A DNA stretch of 64,000 bases from Leptolyngbyaceae cyanobacterium (GTDB lineage Bacteria; Cyanobacteriota; Cyanobacteriia; Phormidesmidales; Phormidesmidaceae): contig JBHJJI010000110.1 of the NCBI GenBank assembly GCA_050042805.1, forward strand, positions 12,672-76,671, given 5' to 3'. The notes under the pieces were generated by a model. It was not told the origin of the DNA and did not search any database. It saw only the letters and a program-made list of their open reading frames with translations. The position numbers and the translations under genes were made by a program. This document shows positions 10,481 through 21,303 of this stretch, piece by piece (position 1 is the stretch's first letter; every line of letters starts with the position of its first letter).

Positions 10481-10648
10481 CGCCACGAATCTCGCTGACT
10501 TTTCTGCGATCGCTTTTCAACGAAATGGCCTGTGATGCGGGTGCCACCCTCTAAATGATGACAGGGGTGTGGCGCCATGCTGGTTGGGGGTGATGGGTCG
10601 GACGCCTCTCTCATTAGGAGTTTTGAGTGATTGTCCTCCGGCTCGGCT

Positions 10649-10753
10649 AATACCAGTTCTCAGTGATCGGACTTCCGCTGCAATCTTGGAAACGCCGGGG
10701 AGCCAAGGGGCAGGGGAGCCAGATCTGTCGCCTTGTTTTAGAGAATCGGTATA
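10649..10753 (+). mobile_element. MITE-like element, family A copy 2
   Basis: AATACCAGTTCTCAGTGATCGG...GAGAATCGGTATA. Confidence 0.8.
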
Positions 10754-11126
10754 ACGCCAACGTTGGAGGGGCTGATCCACCCAACGCGGAATTCATTTTG
10801 GGGGAAGCCTTTTGCTTTCCCTAGATCGGCTGCGAGTCAAGGGGCATCATGGCTGCCAGCGCCTTAATACAGACACTTGTAACCGTTGAAACAGCGTGAA
10901 TAGTGCGATCGCGACAGGATAGCGCTGTTTGAAAATATGAGTGCTGTCTCTAGTCGTTGGCATAGCCGGACTTGCCGCCAACTGTCGAGAGACAGCTGCA
11001 ATCGAAAAATCGGATTATCCTTTATCGTATGATGTCTTTCTTGTCAATCATGGTTTATTTTTGTTAATGTTTGGCAAGTCAGCTTAGTCCTGAGCTGCTG
11101 AGTGTTTGTTGAAGGAGACACAGTCT

Positions 11127-11297
11127 ATGGATTTCCCTATCGAACTCAGTTTGGAGCAGCAATTCAAACTCAAGGTCTACCGCGAGGAAGTTAAAGGGCT
11201 AACCCCTGAGGAATCCCAGAAATATTTACTGGAAGTTATGCGTCAGCTCATGGTCAAGGAGAACTTGATCAAGCATTTAGTCAAAAAATCTGCCTAG
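11127..11297 (+). CDS. nblA: phycobilisome degradation adaptor NblA
   Basis: PIELSLEQQF motif, QLMVKENLIK C-terminus, AAGGAG RBS before ATG 11127. Confidence 0.9.
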   Translation: MDFPIELSLEQQFKLKVYREEVKGLTPEESQKYLLEVMRQLMVKENLIKHLVKKSA

Positions 11298-11447
11298 TTA
11301 TCAATTACTGGCCTAGTCACAAGTTCCGGTTCCTTAAGCAGATGCAGTCTCTGTAAAGTTTTGCTGCTTTGTTTCTCAGATTCGTGACTAACGTAGGCCT
11401 GCTTTCCTATGGTCAATAACGTCATCGCTGTGTTGAGAAAGGGATGA

Positions 11448-12035
<588 letters not shown>

Positions 12036-12092
12036 TCACGGGTTGACTCAGCCTTTGCTAAAAACTTCAACAAACCACGAATTTTGGTCTAA

Positions 12093-12608
<516 letters not shown>

Positions 12609-12644
12609 TCTTTGCGATAAGGTTTCAGCGGGGTTCTCCCTGTG

Positions 12645-12709
12645 AACCTGAGAATTTATTCCCCTGGTTGGCTGAGATCATGCTGACAAGGGGAATTTTC
12701 TCAGGTTTT
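12645..12709 (+). terminator. long stem-loop 3' of cpeBA
   Basis: AACCTGAGAA..ATTCCCCT / AGGGGAAT.TTCTCAGGTT followed by T tract. Confidence 0.75.
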
Positions 12710-12961
12710 GTTATGTCATGCTACTTAGCGCCGTCCTGTGAATTTAGACAGATTTCCAGGGGCAGTGTGTTGCCCGACTGCGGTTGACTGCAGTTCTGAC
12801 GAAGGGGGGAGTTCGACGAGGGCTCCATACGCGTCTGGATGAGATACAGGACTTGTCTGTAAGCGCTAGCTGCTTAGACAGCCATCAGCCCGCTCTGACC
12901 CATCGATATTAATAGTCAACTCGTTCATTGAATTGCTCCTGAGGCTAACGGTTCAGTCGCT

Positions 12962-14251
12962 ATGGATAAGCGCTTTTTCAAACTCTTTGACTTAACTGAA
13001 GAACAGGCGATCGCGATTCTCGATACGCCGCCCGATCAGGTCAGCGAGAATGATTCCCGCTATATTGCCGCGTCTCACTTGGTTAACTTTTCGACCGAGC
13101 AGAGTGTTCAGGCCCTGATTCGAGCTTTAGAACAAACAGATCCGGCGTTAGACAATCGGATTGTGCGGCGCAAAGCGATCGAAACCCTGGGTCGGTTGCA
13201 GGTGCCCGAAGCCTTGCCCTTTATCCGTCCCTGTCTAACTGAAAACGACAAGTTTACAGTCGAAAATGCCGTGTGGGCGATCGGCGAAATTGGCACTCAA
13301 GATGCCGCCTTGTTGGATGAAATTGCGGCCTTACTGGCCACCCCTGAGCAAAACTATCGGGTGATTATTCAAACCCTTGCCAAGTTAGGTCATCAGCCCG
13401 CTCTGGAAGCGATTCGCTCTTTTGTTAACTATCCAGAGCCGCCGGTGGTGACAGCTGCCATCACCGCGATCGCTCAGCTGACGGGCGACACCACTGACCT
13501 CCCTCGGGTGGTCGCATACCTACAGCATCCCAAGGTGATGGCTCGGCGGTTAGCCATTCAAGATTTGATGGATGCTCGCTATTATGAGGCGATTCCGGCG
13601 ATCGCTCAGTGCCCCGTGTCCTTGGTCTTTCGGCTGCGCGGCATGCGGCTGTTGGCCGAAGTGGGGATCGCTGCGGAAGCCCTCTCTTTTGAAACCATCC
13701 AGCCGGATTTAGAGCGCACCTTGCGCGATCATCCGACGGATTTAAACTTGGTCAGCCGCTACGATCACCCCCCAGAACTGTCGCTGCTAATTCGTGACCT
13801 CTATGACACCGACTTTGGCCGCTGTTACCTAGCCGCTCACACGCTGCTGCAAGATCATGCTGCTGCCGCTCCTGCAGCCCTCATCGCCACCTATCAAGAA
13901 GAGGCGTGCGCCGATTATGGGGCTCACTTCCATGTGGTCAAGCTCTTAGGGTGGCTGCGCTATGCCCCGGCCTATGAGGTGTTGATCGAAGCCTTACATA
14001 ATCAACAACCGCAGTTTCAAAAGTCGCGCGCGGCGGCGGCGATCGCGTTGGGTGAGTTGGGCGATCGCCGCGCCCTTGACGATCTTAAAAAATGTCTGAC
14101 CACCCGCATTTGGGACTTAAAATACGCCGCCTTAATGGCCCTGCAACAGTTAGGCGACACCAGCAGTGCCCAGTTGGTGGCCCAAGATCAAGATTGGTTG
14201 GTGCAGGCTAAGGCCAGTCAATTACTCGCCCTCTCAAGCGTCGGCGGTTGA
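12962..14251 (+). CDS. cpeY: phycoerythrobilin lyase CpeY (E/F-type HEAT)
   Basis: MDKRFFKLFDLTEEQAI N-terminus, DYGAHFHV, PQFQKSR; position after cpeA. Confidence 0.92.
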   Translation: MDKRFFKLFDLTEEQAIAILDTPPDQVSENDSRYIAASHLVNFSTEQSVQALIRALEQTDPALDNRIVRRKAIETLGRLQVPEALPFIRPCLTENDKFTVENAVWAIGEIGTQDAALLDEIAALLATPEQNYRVIIQTLAKLGHQPALEAIRSFVNYPEPPVVTAAITAIAQLTGDTTDLPRVVAYLQHPKVMARRLAIQDLMDARYYEAIPAIAQCPVSLVFRLRGMRLLAEVGIAAEALSFETIQPDLERTLRDHPTDLNLVSRYDHPPELSLLIRDLYDTDFGRCYLAAHTLLQDHAAAAPAALIATYQEEACADYGAHFHVVKLLGWLRYAPAYEVLIEALHNQQPQFQKSRAAAAIALGELGDRRALDDLKKCLTTRIWDLKYAALMALQQLGDTSSAQLVAQDQDWLVQAKASQLLALSSVGG

Positions 14252-14277
14252 CACGATTGCTTTTTTGAAGAAACCTG

Positions 14278-14910
14278 ATGCTGATATCTATGTCTATTGA
14301 TGCCCTGTTTGAACAATTGAAACACCCCAATCCTCACCTGCGCGATCGCGCCATGTGGGAACTCGCCGAATCGGAAGATGCCACAATCATTCCTCGCCTG
14401 ATGGCCGTGCTGGATGAGGAAAACACTACCTATCGCCGCGCTGCAGTGAAAACGCTAGGAGCCGTCGGCCCCGCCACCATTCCGCCCCTGGTGGACGCCA
14501 TGCTCAATAGTGACAACGTGACCGTGCGAGGCAGTGCGGTCAAAGCCCTGGCTCAAGTGGCGATTTGCCACCCGGATGTGCCCTTTTCCGAGGCCGGTAT
14601 GCAGGGGCTGACTCAGGCTCTTAATGATGCCAATCCGGTCGTCAACATTGCGGCGGTCATGGCGCTGGGAGAGATTAGTACGCCTGAGGCGTTTGACATC
14701 CTCTTAGAGGCCCTCAAAACCACGGACAATATTGCCCTGGCGGTGACCATTACCAATACCTTTGGGTCGATCCAAGATAGTCGCGGGGCCGAGGTGCTGC
14801 AAACGATCATTGACGATGAGGCGACTGAAGACTATGTGCGAGAGTCGGCGGTGAGTGCCTTATCGCGCCTCGAACTCGTGATGAAAAATCAGCCTCGCCA
14901 ACAGCCTTGA
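14278..14910 (+). CDS. cpeZ: bilin attachment chaperone CpeZ
   Basis: LFEQLKHPNPHLRDRAM, HEAT repeats; follows cpeY. Confidence 0.9.
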   Translation: MLISMSIDALFEQLKHPNPHLRDRAMWELAESEDATIIPRLMAVLDEENTTYRRAAVKTLGAVGPATIPPLVDAMLNSDNVTVRGSAVKALAQVAICHPDVPFSEAGMQGLTQALNDANPVVNIAAVMALGEISTPEAFDILLEALKTTDNIALAVTITNTFGSIQDSRGAEVLQTIIDDEATEDYVRESAVSALSRLELVMKNQPRQQP

Positions 14911-15069
14911 CGACTCAGCGGGTCGGCATTTTTACCCTCTCCCCATCCCGTTGACGCCATCGTTCTAACGGCCTGGGGCATCGCCTCAGGTTGGCTAGGT
15001 TTTTCTAAAAGCTGTGAGGTAGGCGCGAGCAGGGTGCTGACTCTGTCGCTGGTGGTTATTGAATCGAGA

Positions 15070-15360
15070 TCAAGAGAACCCTATCGCTTTGAGTTCATCC
15101 AGAACGTAGCGCGTATCTGATAAGATTCGTTGCCACTGACCGGGTGGGGTTCTCAATAAGGTTGACCATTGACGAGTGCGGTGGGCAATTTGCCTCAACT
15201 GCTCAGCCCTCTGAACATAGTGGAATCCGCCGCTACTTGCCTTGACTTCTAAGACGGCTGCGAGTTCTTCTCGAAGGTTAATCATGATTTTATTAGGGTG
15301 ACGTCTCATTTCTAAGCTGGTCATGAGATCAACGTTCAAAGCCCAATGCCTAATATGCAT
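15070..15360 (-). CDS. hypothetical protein
   Basis: 96-aa ORF filling the cpeZ-cpcM gap; protein-like composition; start uncertain. Confidence 0.45.
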   Translation of the reverse strand: MHIRHWALNVDLMTSLEMRRHPNKIMINLREELAAVLEVKASSGGFHYVQRAEQLRQIAHRTRQWSTLLRTPPGQWQRILSDTRYVLDELKAIGFS

Positions 15361-15419
15361 TTGCCTGAGTTGAGTGGCTGAATAACCTGAATCTCTATAA
15401 ACTACGACACTTCTAATTT

Positions 15420-16616
15420 ATGTCAGAGTCTCAAAAGATTAGCGAAGCGGTTGCCAAACTCTATGATACTTACCCGTTTCCGCCAGAACCCTTATTAGAT
15501 GAAGCGCCTCCCGGTTATAACTGGCGCTGGAATTGGTTGACTGCCTATGCCTTTTGTACTGGACAAAAGCCCGCGAGTTCCCAAGCGCGGATTTTGGACG
15601 CTGGCTGCGGCACTGGGGTGGGGACGGAATATCTCGTGCACCTCAATCCCGAGGCGACTGTTGTCGGCATTGATCTGAGTGCCGGAGCCTTGGCAGTCGC
15701 CCAAGAGCGGTGTCAAAAGTCGGGTGCCACTGGCGCTGAGTTCCATCACCTCAGTCTGTTTGATGTCGATCAGTTGCCCGGCGAGTTTGACTTGATTAAT
15801 TGTGTCGGCGTGTTACACCATACGCCTGACCCGATTCGCGGCATTCAGGCGTTAGCGAAAAAGTTAGCGCCCGGCGGTTTGTTACATGTGTTTGTATATG
15901 GCGAACTGGGCCGCTGGGAAATCAAACTCATGCAGGAAGCAATCGCGCTCCTGCAGGGCGATCTCCTTGGCGATTATCAAGACGGTGTTGCCGTAGGTCG
16001 CGAGATCTTTGCCCACCTACCCGAAAATAATCGTCTGCGCCAGCGAGAAAAAGACCGCTGGTCTTGGGAAAATCAGCGGGATGAATGCTTTGCCGATATG
16101 TATGTGCATCCCCAGGAAATTGACTACAACATCAATACCGTTTTTGAGTTGATCGAGGCCTCAGGGCTGGAGTTTGTCGGCTTGTCTAATCCCCATGTCT
16201 GGGATTTGAATCGCTTAGTGGGCAAGGCTCCCAACTTGTTAGAACGGTCTGCTAAGCTGAGCGATCGCCAACGCTATCGGCGCATTGAGCTGCTGGATCC
16301 TTCAGCCATCACCCACTATGAGTTTTTTCTGGCTCGTCCACCCTTTGCCAAACAAACCTGGGAGGATGACGATGCCCTGCTCAACGCCATTCCAGAACCC
16401 AGCCCCTGTTTAGAAAACTGGGAAGACAGTCCTCAATTTTTCAATCAGGATTACCAACTGGTGAAGCTTGAACAGTCCCCATGGCAGTTCTTAGTGGCTT
16501 GTGGTCAAGCAGCCGGTAGCCAGACCGTCGGCGAGTTATTGGAGACGGTGGAAAGTACGTTGGAGGATGTGCGCTCGCTGCAGCAACAAAATCTCATTTT
16601 GCTCACCCCATCTTGA
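15420..16616 (+). CDS. cpcM: phycobiliprotein beta-subunit Asn methyltransferase
   Basis: LYDTYPFPPEPLLDE..PPGYNWRW, ILDAGCGTG SAM motif, FADMYVHPQE; phycobilisome-gene context. Confidence 0.85.
   Translation: MSESQKISEAVAKLYDTYPFPPEPLLDEAPPGYNWRWNWLTAYAFCTGQKPASSQARILDAGCGTGVGTEYLVHLNPEATVVGIDLSAGALAVAQERCQKSGATGAEFHHLSLFDVDQLPGEFDLINCVGVLHHTPDPIRGIQALAKKLAPGGLLHVFVYGELGRWEIKLMQEAIALLQGDLLGDYQDGVAVGREIFAHLPENNRLRQREKDRWSWENQRDECFADMYVHPQEIDYNINTVFELIEASGLEFVGLSNPHVWDLNRLVGKAPNLLERSAKLSDRQRYRRIELLDPSAITHYEFFLARPPFAKQTWEDDDALLNAIPEPSPCLENWEDSPQFFNQDYQLVKLEQSPWQFLVACGQAAGSQTVGELLETVESTLEDVRSLQQQNLILLTPS
16566..16609 (+). repeat. 44-bp direct repeat copy 1 (3' end of cpcM)
   Basis: GATGTGCGCTCGCTGCAGCAACAAAATCTCATTTTGCTCACCCC, 43/44 identical to 17805-17848. 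Confidence 0.95.
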
Positions 16617-17100
16617 TCAGGTGCATGCCCATCCGCCGAATCGATCAAGATCGTCCCTTTTATCAACAACCGACTACCCTGCAAGTCAAAATCTAGGAAC
16701 TGTCATCAGTTAGCGACTCAATGTCTATACCATAATGGTTTCAGCCCCTTAGCTCACTGTCCGGAGCGGGCGCGGCAATGCCTGTTCTACAAGGGTTCGG
16801 TAACTATAGCGCCGGCCAATTTGCTTAGGATGCCTAGGAGCGCTCTTAACCTCAGCTCATCAGCAAAGTGGTTCCGCAGTCTGGTTCTAACCGGACTGGC
16901 GACTGCTGCTATAACTCTCAGGATTACTGGCGTAGACCTATCGCTAGGAGAATGGTTGGCATCACTGGCAATGGCGGCGTGATCAGACTCAACCTCGACG
17001 CGGCGATCAAAATCGCACTGGCGATCGCCGCACTCGAACAGTCTCTGCTGCCTGGGGCATCGCGTATGATACTGATCATGTTCCACCGGCCTGAACTGGA

Positions 17101-17763
17101 ATGACCGTCACGCTTGCCACGCCCCTAAGTCAAATCGCGCTGTCGCCAAACAGTGCGATGTCAGTTGCAGGCTTGACCTGGCAGCACTATCAGCTACTTT
17201 TGGCCGAGCTCGGCAGCGATCGCACGAGTCGGGTGGCCTATGACGCTGGGACGCTGGAGATTCGGATGCCCAGTCAATTTCATGAAATTCTCAACCGCTT
17301 ACTCAGTAAAATCATCTTCGCGCTGGCTGAAGCTTTGGAGCTAGGTCTGGTCGACATTGGCTCCACCACCTTGAATCGGCCTGACCTCAACCAAGGCATC
17401 GAACCAGATAGCTGTTTCTACATTCAGAATGCGCATCGAGTTCAGGGCTTGAACCCGGAGATTCCGGCTGACTGTCTACCCGATTTAGCGATCGAAGTCG
17501 ATATCGCCAGTGCCTCAGACAAAAAGCTAAGCATTTATCGAGCGATCGGGATTCCTGAGCTGTGGGTCTATCGCAAAAACCAACTCAAAATCTGGCATCT
17601 GCAAGAGCAGACCTTTGTAGAGGCGGAATACAGTCTGGCGTTTCCGTCAGTTTCAGCAGCGCAACTGCAAACCTGGATCACTCTGCGAGAAAGCCAAACT
17701 GATATAACCGTGATCAAAGCGGTTCGCCAATTCTGTCAATCCATTCACGAAACAGATTCATAG
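17101..17763 (+). CDS. Uma2 family (DUF820) PD-(D/E)xK putative endonuclease
   Basis: TWQHYQ, LEIRMPSQFHE, EPDSCFYIQN, PDLAIEVDI, GIPELW. Confidence 0.92.
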   Translation: MTVTLATPLSQIALSPNSAMSVAGLTWQHYQLLLAELGSDRTSRVAYDAGTLEIRMPSQFHEILNRLLSKIIFALAEALELGLVDIGSTTLNRPDLNQGIEPDSCFYIQNAHRVQGLNPEIPADCLPDLAIEVDIASASDKKLSIYRAIGIPELWVYRKNQLKIWHLQEQTFVEAEYSLAFPSVSAAQLQTWITLRESQTDITVIKAVRQFCQSIHETDS

Positions 17764-17804
17764 GGCGAGCATTGTAGCTTTCTTTTGAGATTGTGGTCTG
17801 GGTC

Positions 17805-17848
17805 GATGTGCGATCGCTGCAGCAACAAAATCTCATTTTGCTCACCCC
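17805..17848 (+). repeat. 44-bp direct repeat copy 2, followed by C11 tract
   Basis: GATGTGCGATCGCTGCAGCAACAAAATCTCATTTTGCTCACCCC; contains intact HIP1. Confidence 0.95.
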
Positions 17849-17878
17849 CCCCCCCACAGAGTGCCTGACGGGCCAAAT

Positions 17879-18790
17879 CTACCAGTCGTCCTCAGCAGCT
17901 TGACGTTCAATTTGGTTGATGGCGAGTTTTGCCAGCGTGCGGATGACGTTCAAGTCATCGTCCAGTGCGGCCTTCAAGGCATCCATCGCCTGAAAGTCGC
18001 CGATTTTGCCCAAGGAATTGATCGCCGCCTTGCGAACGTCTAGCTCAGTATCCTGCAGGGCCAAGATCAGATGGGGCACTGAAGCAGGATAGTTGACTTG
18101 TCCGAGGGCCGCCGCTGCCTCCGTGCGAATCAACGGCTCCGGATCCGTTAGGGCCGAGACTAGCAAACTACAGGACTTTTCGTCGGACTTTTCTTGCGCC
18201 ACATGGCCCAAGGCCCCAATCACCGCACATCGCACGTCGAGAGAGTCAGAATTTAAGGCTTTGTACAAATACACTTCGGCTTCAGAGCCCATAAACGCTA
18301 AGGCCCAAGCTGCATGGCCCTTAATATCTTGAGCATGATCCGGTGACGCCAAAATATCTAATAAACAGGGCGCGGCAGCTTCGCCGGTTCTGGCCAGTGC
18401 ACCGGCAGACGACCCTTTCACCACCGTATCCTCATCGTTTAAGAATGCCTCTAGCAGCGGGGGCACCGCTACCGGATCGGCAATGATAGTGAGGGTTTTG
18501 GCGGCTGCCCGTCGCACCACCACATCTTTATGGGTTTGTAAGGCCTCGACTAAAAACGGGGTGGCGGGCTCGCCAATATCCCCAAGGGTTTCGGCAAATC
18601 GTAATCGCATGAGTCCGCGCGGATCTCCCAGCCCCTCAACTAACTGCTTTAAGGTTTGATGATCATCAACATCAAAGGAGTCAAAAGATATTTGCTCACT
18701 GACCCGCTCGATCAAAGCATCGTTGTGGGTTTGAATCGCTTGCAAGGGGTCATCCATCACAGGGGGTGTTGAGTCGGCCATTTGACTCAT
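17879..18790 (-). CDS. cpeF: phycoerythrobilin lyase CpeF (MpeV-like HEAT protein)
   Basis: LGDPRGLMRLRFAETLG, VVRRAAAKTLT, KGHAAWALAF motifs of the CpeF/MpeV clade. Confidence 0.8.
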   Translation of the reverse strand: MSQMADSTPPVMDDPLQAIQTHNDALIERVSEQISFDSFDVDDHQTLKQLVEGLGDPRGLMRLRFAETLGDIGEPATPFLVEALQTHKDVVVRRAAAKTLTIIADPVAVPPLLEAFLNDEDTVVKGSSAGALARTGEAAAPCLLDILASPDHAQDIKGHAAWALAFMGSEAEVYLYKALNSDSLDVRCAVIGALGHVAQEKSDEKSCSLLVSALTDPEPLIRTEAAAALGQVNYPASVPHLILALQDTELDVRKAAINSLGKIGDFQAMDALKAALDDDLNVIRTLAKLAINQIERQAAEDDW

Positions 18791-18977
18791 GGGGAAATCC
18801 TCTTCTTTCTATGCCAAAACGGGGTGAATGTGTGGGTCATTTAGGCGCATGAAAAGCGCTATGCAATCAGGAGGGAATCACCCCCCAGCCTTTCACTGTT
18901 TAAGTGCCGCTGGCGTTTACATACACTCTGAATGACCAGAGGCTATTGATCGGCGGAAAACTGTCTAGAATTTCAAC

Positions 18978-19217
18978 TTAATGATTAGTGGTCAAGGTGG
19001 CTTGCCGTTGGCGCAGCTCCTCAAGCATGGCGTCAATTTTAGCCAAGGTGGGTTCTAAATTTGTTTGAGCCTGACCCTTCATCACTTTGGCCTTTTTAGC
19101 CGCTGAGATGGTTTCGTCGACTAAGCGATCGCGATACTCTTGCAGCTCCGCGATCGCCGTGGCCAATTCCTCTGGAGTGGCCTGATCAATAGGGTTAGAT
19201 TGAGTCGCTTCAGTCAT
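18978..19217 (-). CDS. small coiled-coil hypothetical protein
   Basis: 79 aa from ATG 19217; ELQEYRDRLVDETISAAKKAK resembles a conserved small cyanobacterial protein. Confidence 0.7.
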   Translation of the reverse strand: MTEATQSNPIDQATPEELATAIAELQEYRDRLVDETISAAKKAKVMKGQAQTNLEPTLAKIDAMLEELRQRQATLTTNH

Positions 19218-19304
19218 AGTGGATATCACGCTTACAGCAAATAAGTTATGTCGGCATTGAGGCAAGAGCACGCTCAAGACCTAGAGGCGGCACCAGAGTC
19301 TTGC

Positions 19305-20120
19305 TTAAGTCTCTTTAAGGGGGCCAACACTCAATAGCTCTCGATAATGCTGGGGGTCTCCTTCAGATAAGACGGTTCTTTCTTTCAGCTTGCGGTTATA
19401 CAACCGAGCCAGGATCTGTTCCCAATCGGTTGAGGTAAGCGATGATTGCGCCATCCGTAGGGACGCTTCAGCCCGCGGAATCGCTTCCCTCAGGTATTGC
19501 TGGGCCTTGCAGGCGCGCGCCTTGACGGACGCACTTTCTTCCTCATGGGCCATGCGCTCCAGTTGCTTTTGGATTTGCGATCGCCGAGAGCCGCTGCCAG
19601 GCTGGGTGGCTAACGCCAGAGATTCCAACCCCACCACAGCGGCATATCGCACGATCCACTCTTCATCTTGCTGCGCCACAAATAGCAACGCTTCCAAGGC
19701 TTCAGTTTGGGCAATTTCCAACAGTTGGAGGGGGAACTGTGGCCACTGCATGCTGCCCAACCCCCGAGCTGCGGCCCGGCGGACGCTCATCGAGATATCG
19801 GCGGTGGCAGCTCCCAGTAGGGTGAGTAAGCCCCGCGGGTCACCAATACTCGCCAAGGCGCGAATCGCCCAAGCGCGCGCCGTGTAATTGTTGAGGTCAA
19901 GCTGTTCTAACAGGGGCGGGACGGCAGGGGTGCCCAGGGTCACCAACCCATCGACAGCGGCCACCGCCGCGCCAGGGTTGTTATAACTCAAGGCTTCAAT
20001 CAAGTGCGGGATGGACTCAACCAGACCGGCGTCTGCTAAGTCTTGAACCGCATCGGAGAGCGAAGCCGCAGAATCAGCCTTTTCGATCGCGTCAATTAAA
20101 TGAGAAAGCAAGTCAGACAT
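19305..20120 (-). CDS. cpcF: phycocyanin alpha-84 lyase subunit CpcF
   Basis: LSYNNPGAAVAAVDGL, SVRRAAARGLG, EWIVRYAAVVGL. Confidence 0.9.
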   Translation of the reverse strand: MSDLLSHLIDAIEKADSAASLSDAVQDLADAGLVESIPHLIEALSYNNPGAAVAAVDGLVTLGTPAVPPLLEQLDLNNYTARAWAIRALASIGDPRGLLTLLGAATADISMSVRRAAARGLGSMQWPQFPLQLLEIAQTEALEALLFVAQQDEEWIVRYAAVVGLESLALATQPGSGSRRSQIQKQLERMAHEEESASVKARACKAQQYLREAIPRAEASLRMAQSSLTSTDWEQILARLYNRKLKERTVLSEGDPQHYRELLSVGPLKET

Positions 20121-20287
20121 TAACTTATAGGATGCTAGGTTCTAGGGCAAGCAAGAAACCATTTCAACAGAAGATTTGACTGTTAACATTCTCGCGCGAT
20201 TCGTTGCATTGCTTCACCCATCAGGCGTTTGACACAAAAAAATTAACAACTGCCGTTCCCTTCGCGATGGTTCCCATAGACGAGTTT

Positions 20288-21115
20288 CTAAAGTAAATCA
20301 TCCATGAGCGCCATCACCCGTTTCGCACCGGCTGACAAATCAGGCATCGTCGCCTCGGCCAGCTCCCGCTCCAACAATCCTTTCAAAGCAATCAGTTTAA
20401 GGCTGTTTTCAGCCAGGGTTTCAGCGATGGCTTCAGCGGCAGGCAAATAGCCGATCGCTCCTAGATCTGCCAAAACCGTGCGACGGAGCTGTAAATCTTC
20501 ATGAGAGAGGGCTTCGATCAACTGCTCGCCATATTGTCGAGCGATTTCAGGTTCTGGTGTCAGTTGGTACAACGCGCGGGCCGTAGCGTACTGCACGCGA
20601 GGCACTGGATGATCGAGAAACGGTTGAATGTCGGGAATCGCCTCAACGGCAGCCAAGGTACCCAAGGCCTCAATCAGGGCGTCAAAGGGTTGCTCTAGCT
20701 GCGGGGGTTCTGGAGCTGGTAAGGTGCCAGCAATCTCACCTCTTAACAATCCTAATAATTTAGGAATGGCGGCAATATCGCCCAGATTTTCTAAGGCCTT
20801 CGCAGCAGCTTCTCGCACATAGAAATCGGTGCAAGACAAGACCTGAATCAGCGGTGCGACGGCTTGCTGATCATCCAATTTCCCTAAGGCTCTGGCCGCA
20901 TTGCGACGGAGCGGATAGCCCCCCGCCTCGGTTCGATCCTCTTCATCTAACAAGGCTTCAATCAAGACTTGAATCGCCGAGTCGGTTTTCACTCGAAACC
21001 GGCCCAACCACCACGCCGCATAGACGCGCAACCCCAAGTCTTCGCCTTGGAGGTTCGCGATCGCGGTTTCAATAGTTAATTGGCCATCATCCCGGATCTC
21101 TGGCAGATCACTCAT
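20288..21115 (-). CDS. cpcE: phycocyanin alpha-84 lyase subunit CpcE
   Basis: YAAWWLGRF, GGYPLRRNAARALG, AENSLKLIALKGL. Confidence 0.93.
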   Translation of the reverse strand: MSDLPEIRDDGQLTIETAIANLQGEDLGLRVYAAWWLGRFRVKTDSAIQVLIEALLDEEDRTEAGGYPLRRNAARALGKLDDQQAVAPLIQVLSCTDFYVREAAAKALENLGDIAAIPKLLGLLRGEIAGTLPAPEPPQLEQPFDALIEALGTLAAVEAIPDIQPFLDHPVPRVQYATARALYQLTPEPEIARQYGEQLIEALSHEDLQLRRTVLADLGAIGYLPAAEAIAETLAENSLKLIALKGLLERELAEATMPDLSAGAKRVMALMDDLL

Positions 21116-21197
21116 AGAGAAGCCCTCCCAGCCATCTCCCTTCAGTAAAGCACCGTATCAGCTTGGCAGATATTCCAGGCTGAGGAAACCCTAGAGA

Positions 21198-21262
21198 CAA
21201 AACAAATCCCTGAGACATAAACAACGCCTAACCTCAGTCAGTGGCTGTATATCTCTCAGGGA
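21198..21262 (-). terminator. stem-loop 3' of cpcBA
   Basis: TCCCTGAGA / TCTCAGGGA inverted repeat, T-rich tail on minus strand. Confidence 0.6.
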
Positions 21263-21303
21263 CAGATGCTATTTAATCAATCTCTAGAGATTGATAGCGC
21301 GGT

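Noticed and set aside
12645-12709. GCTGAGA-containing structure as TPP riboswitch
   Set aside because: Lacks the ACCTGA/GGGAAG elements; explained as the cpeBA 3' stem-loop
17845-17855. C11 tract as a phase-variation switch
   Set aside because: Lies in non-coding DNA between convergent genes; homopolymer length is error-prone
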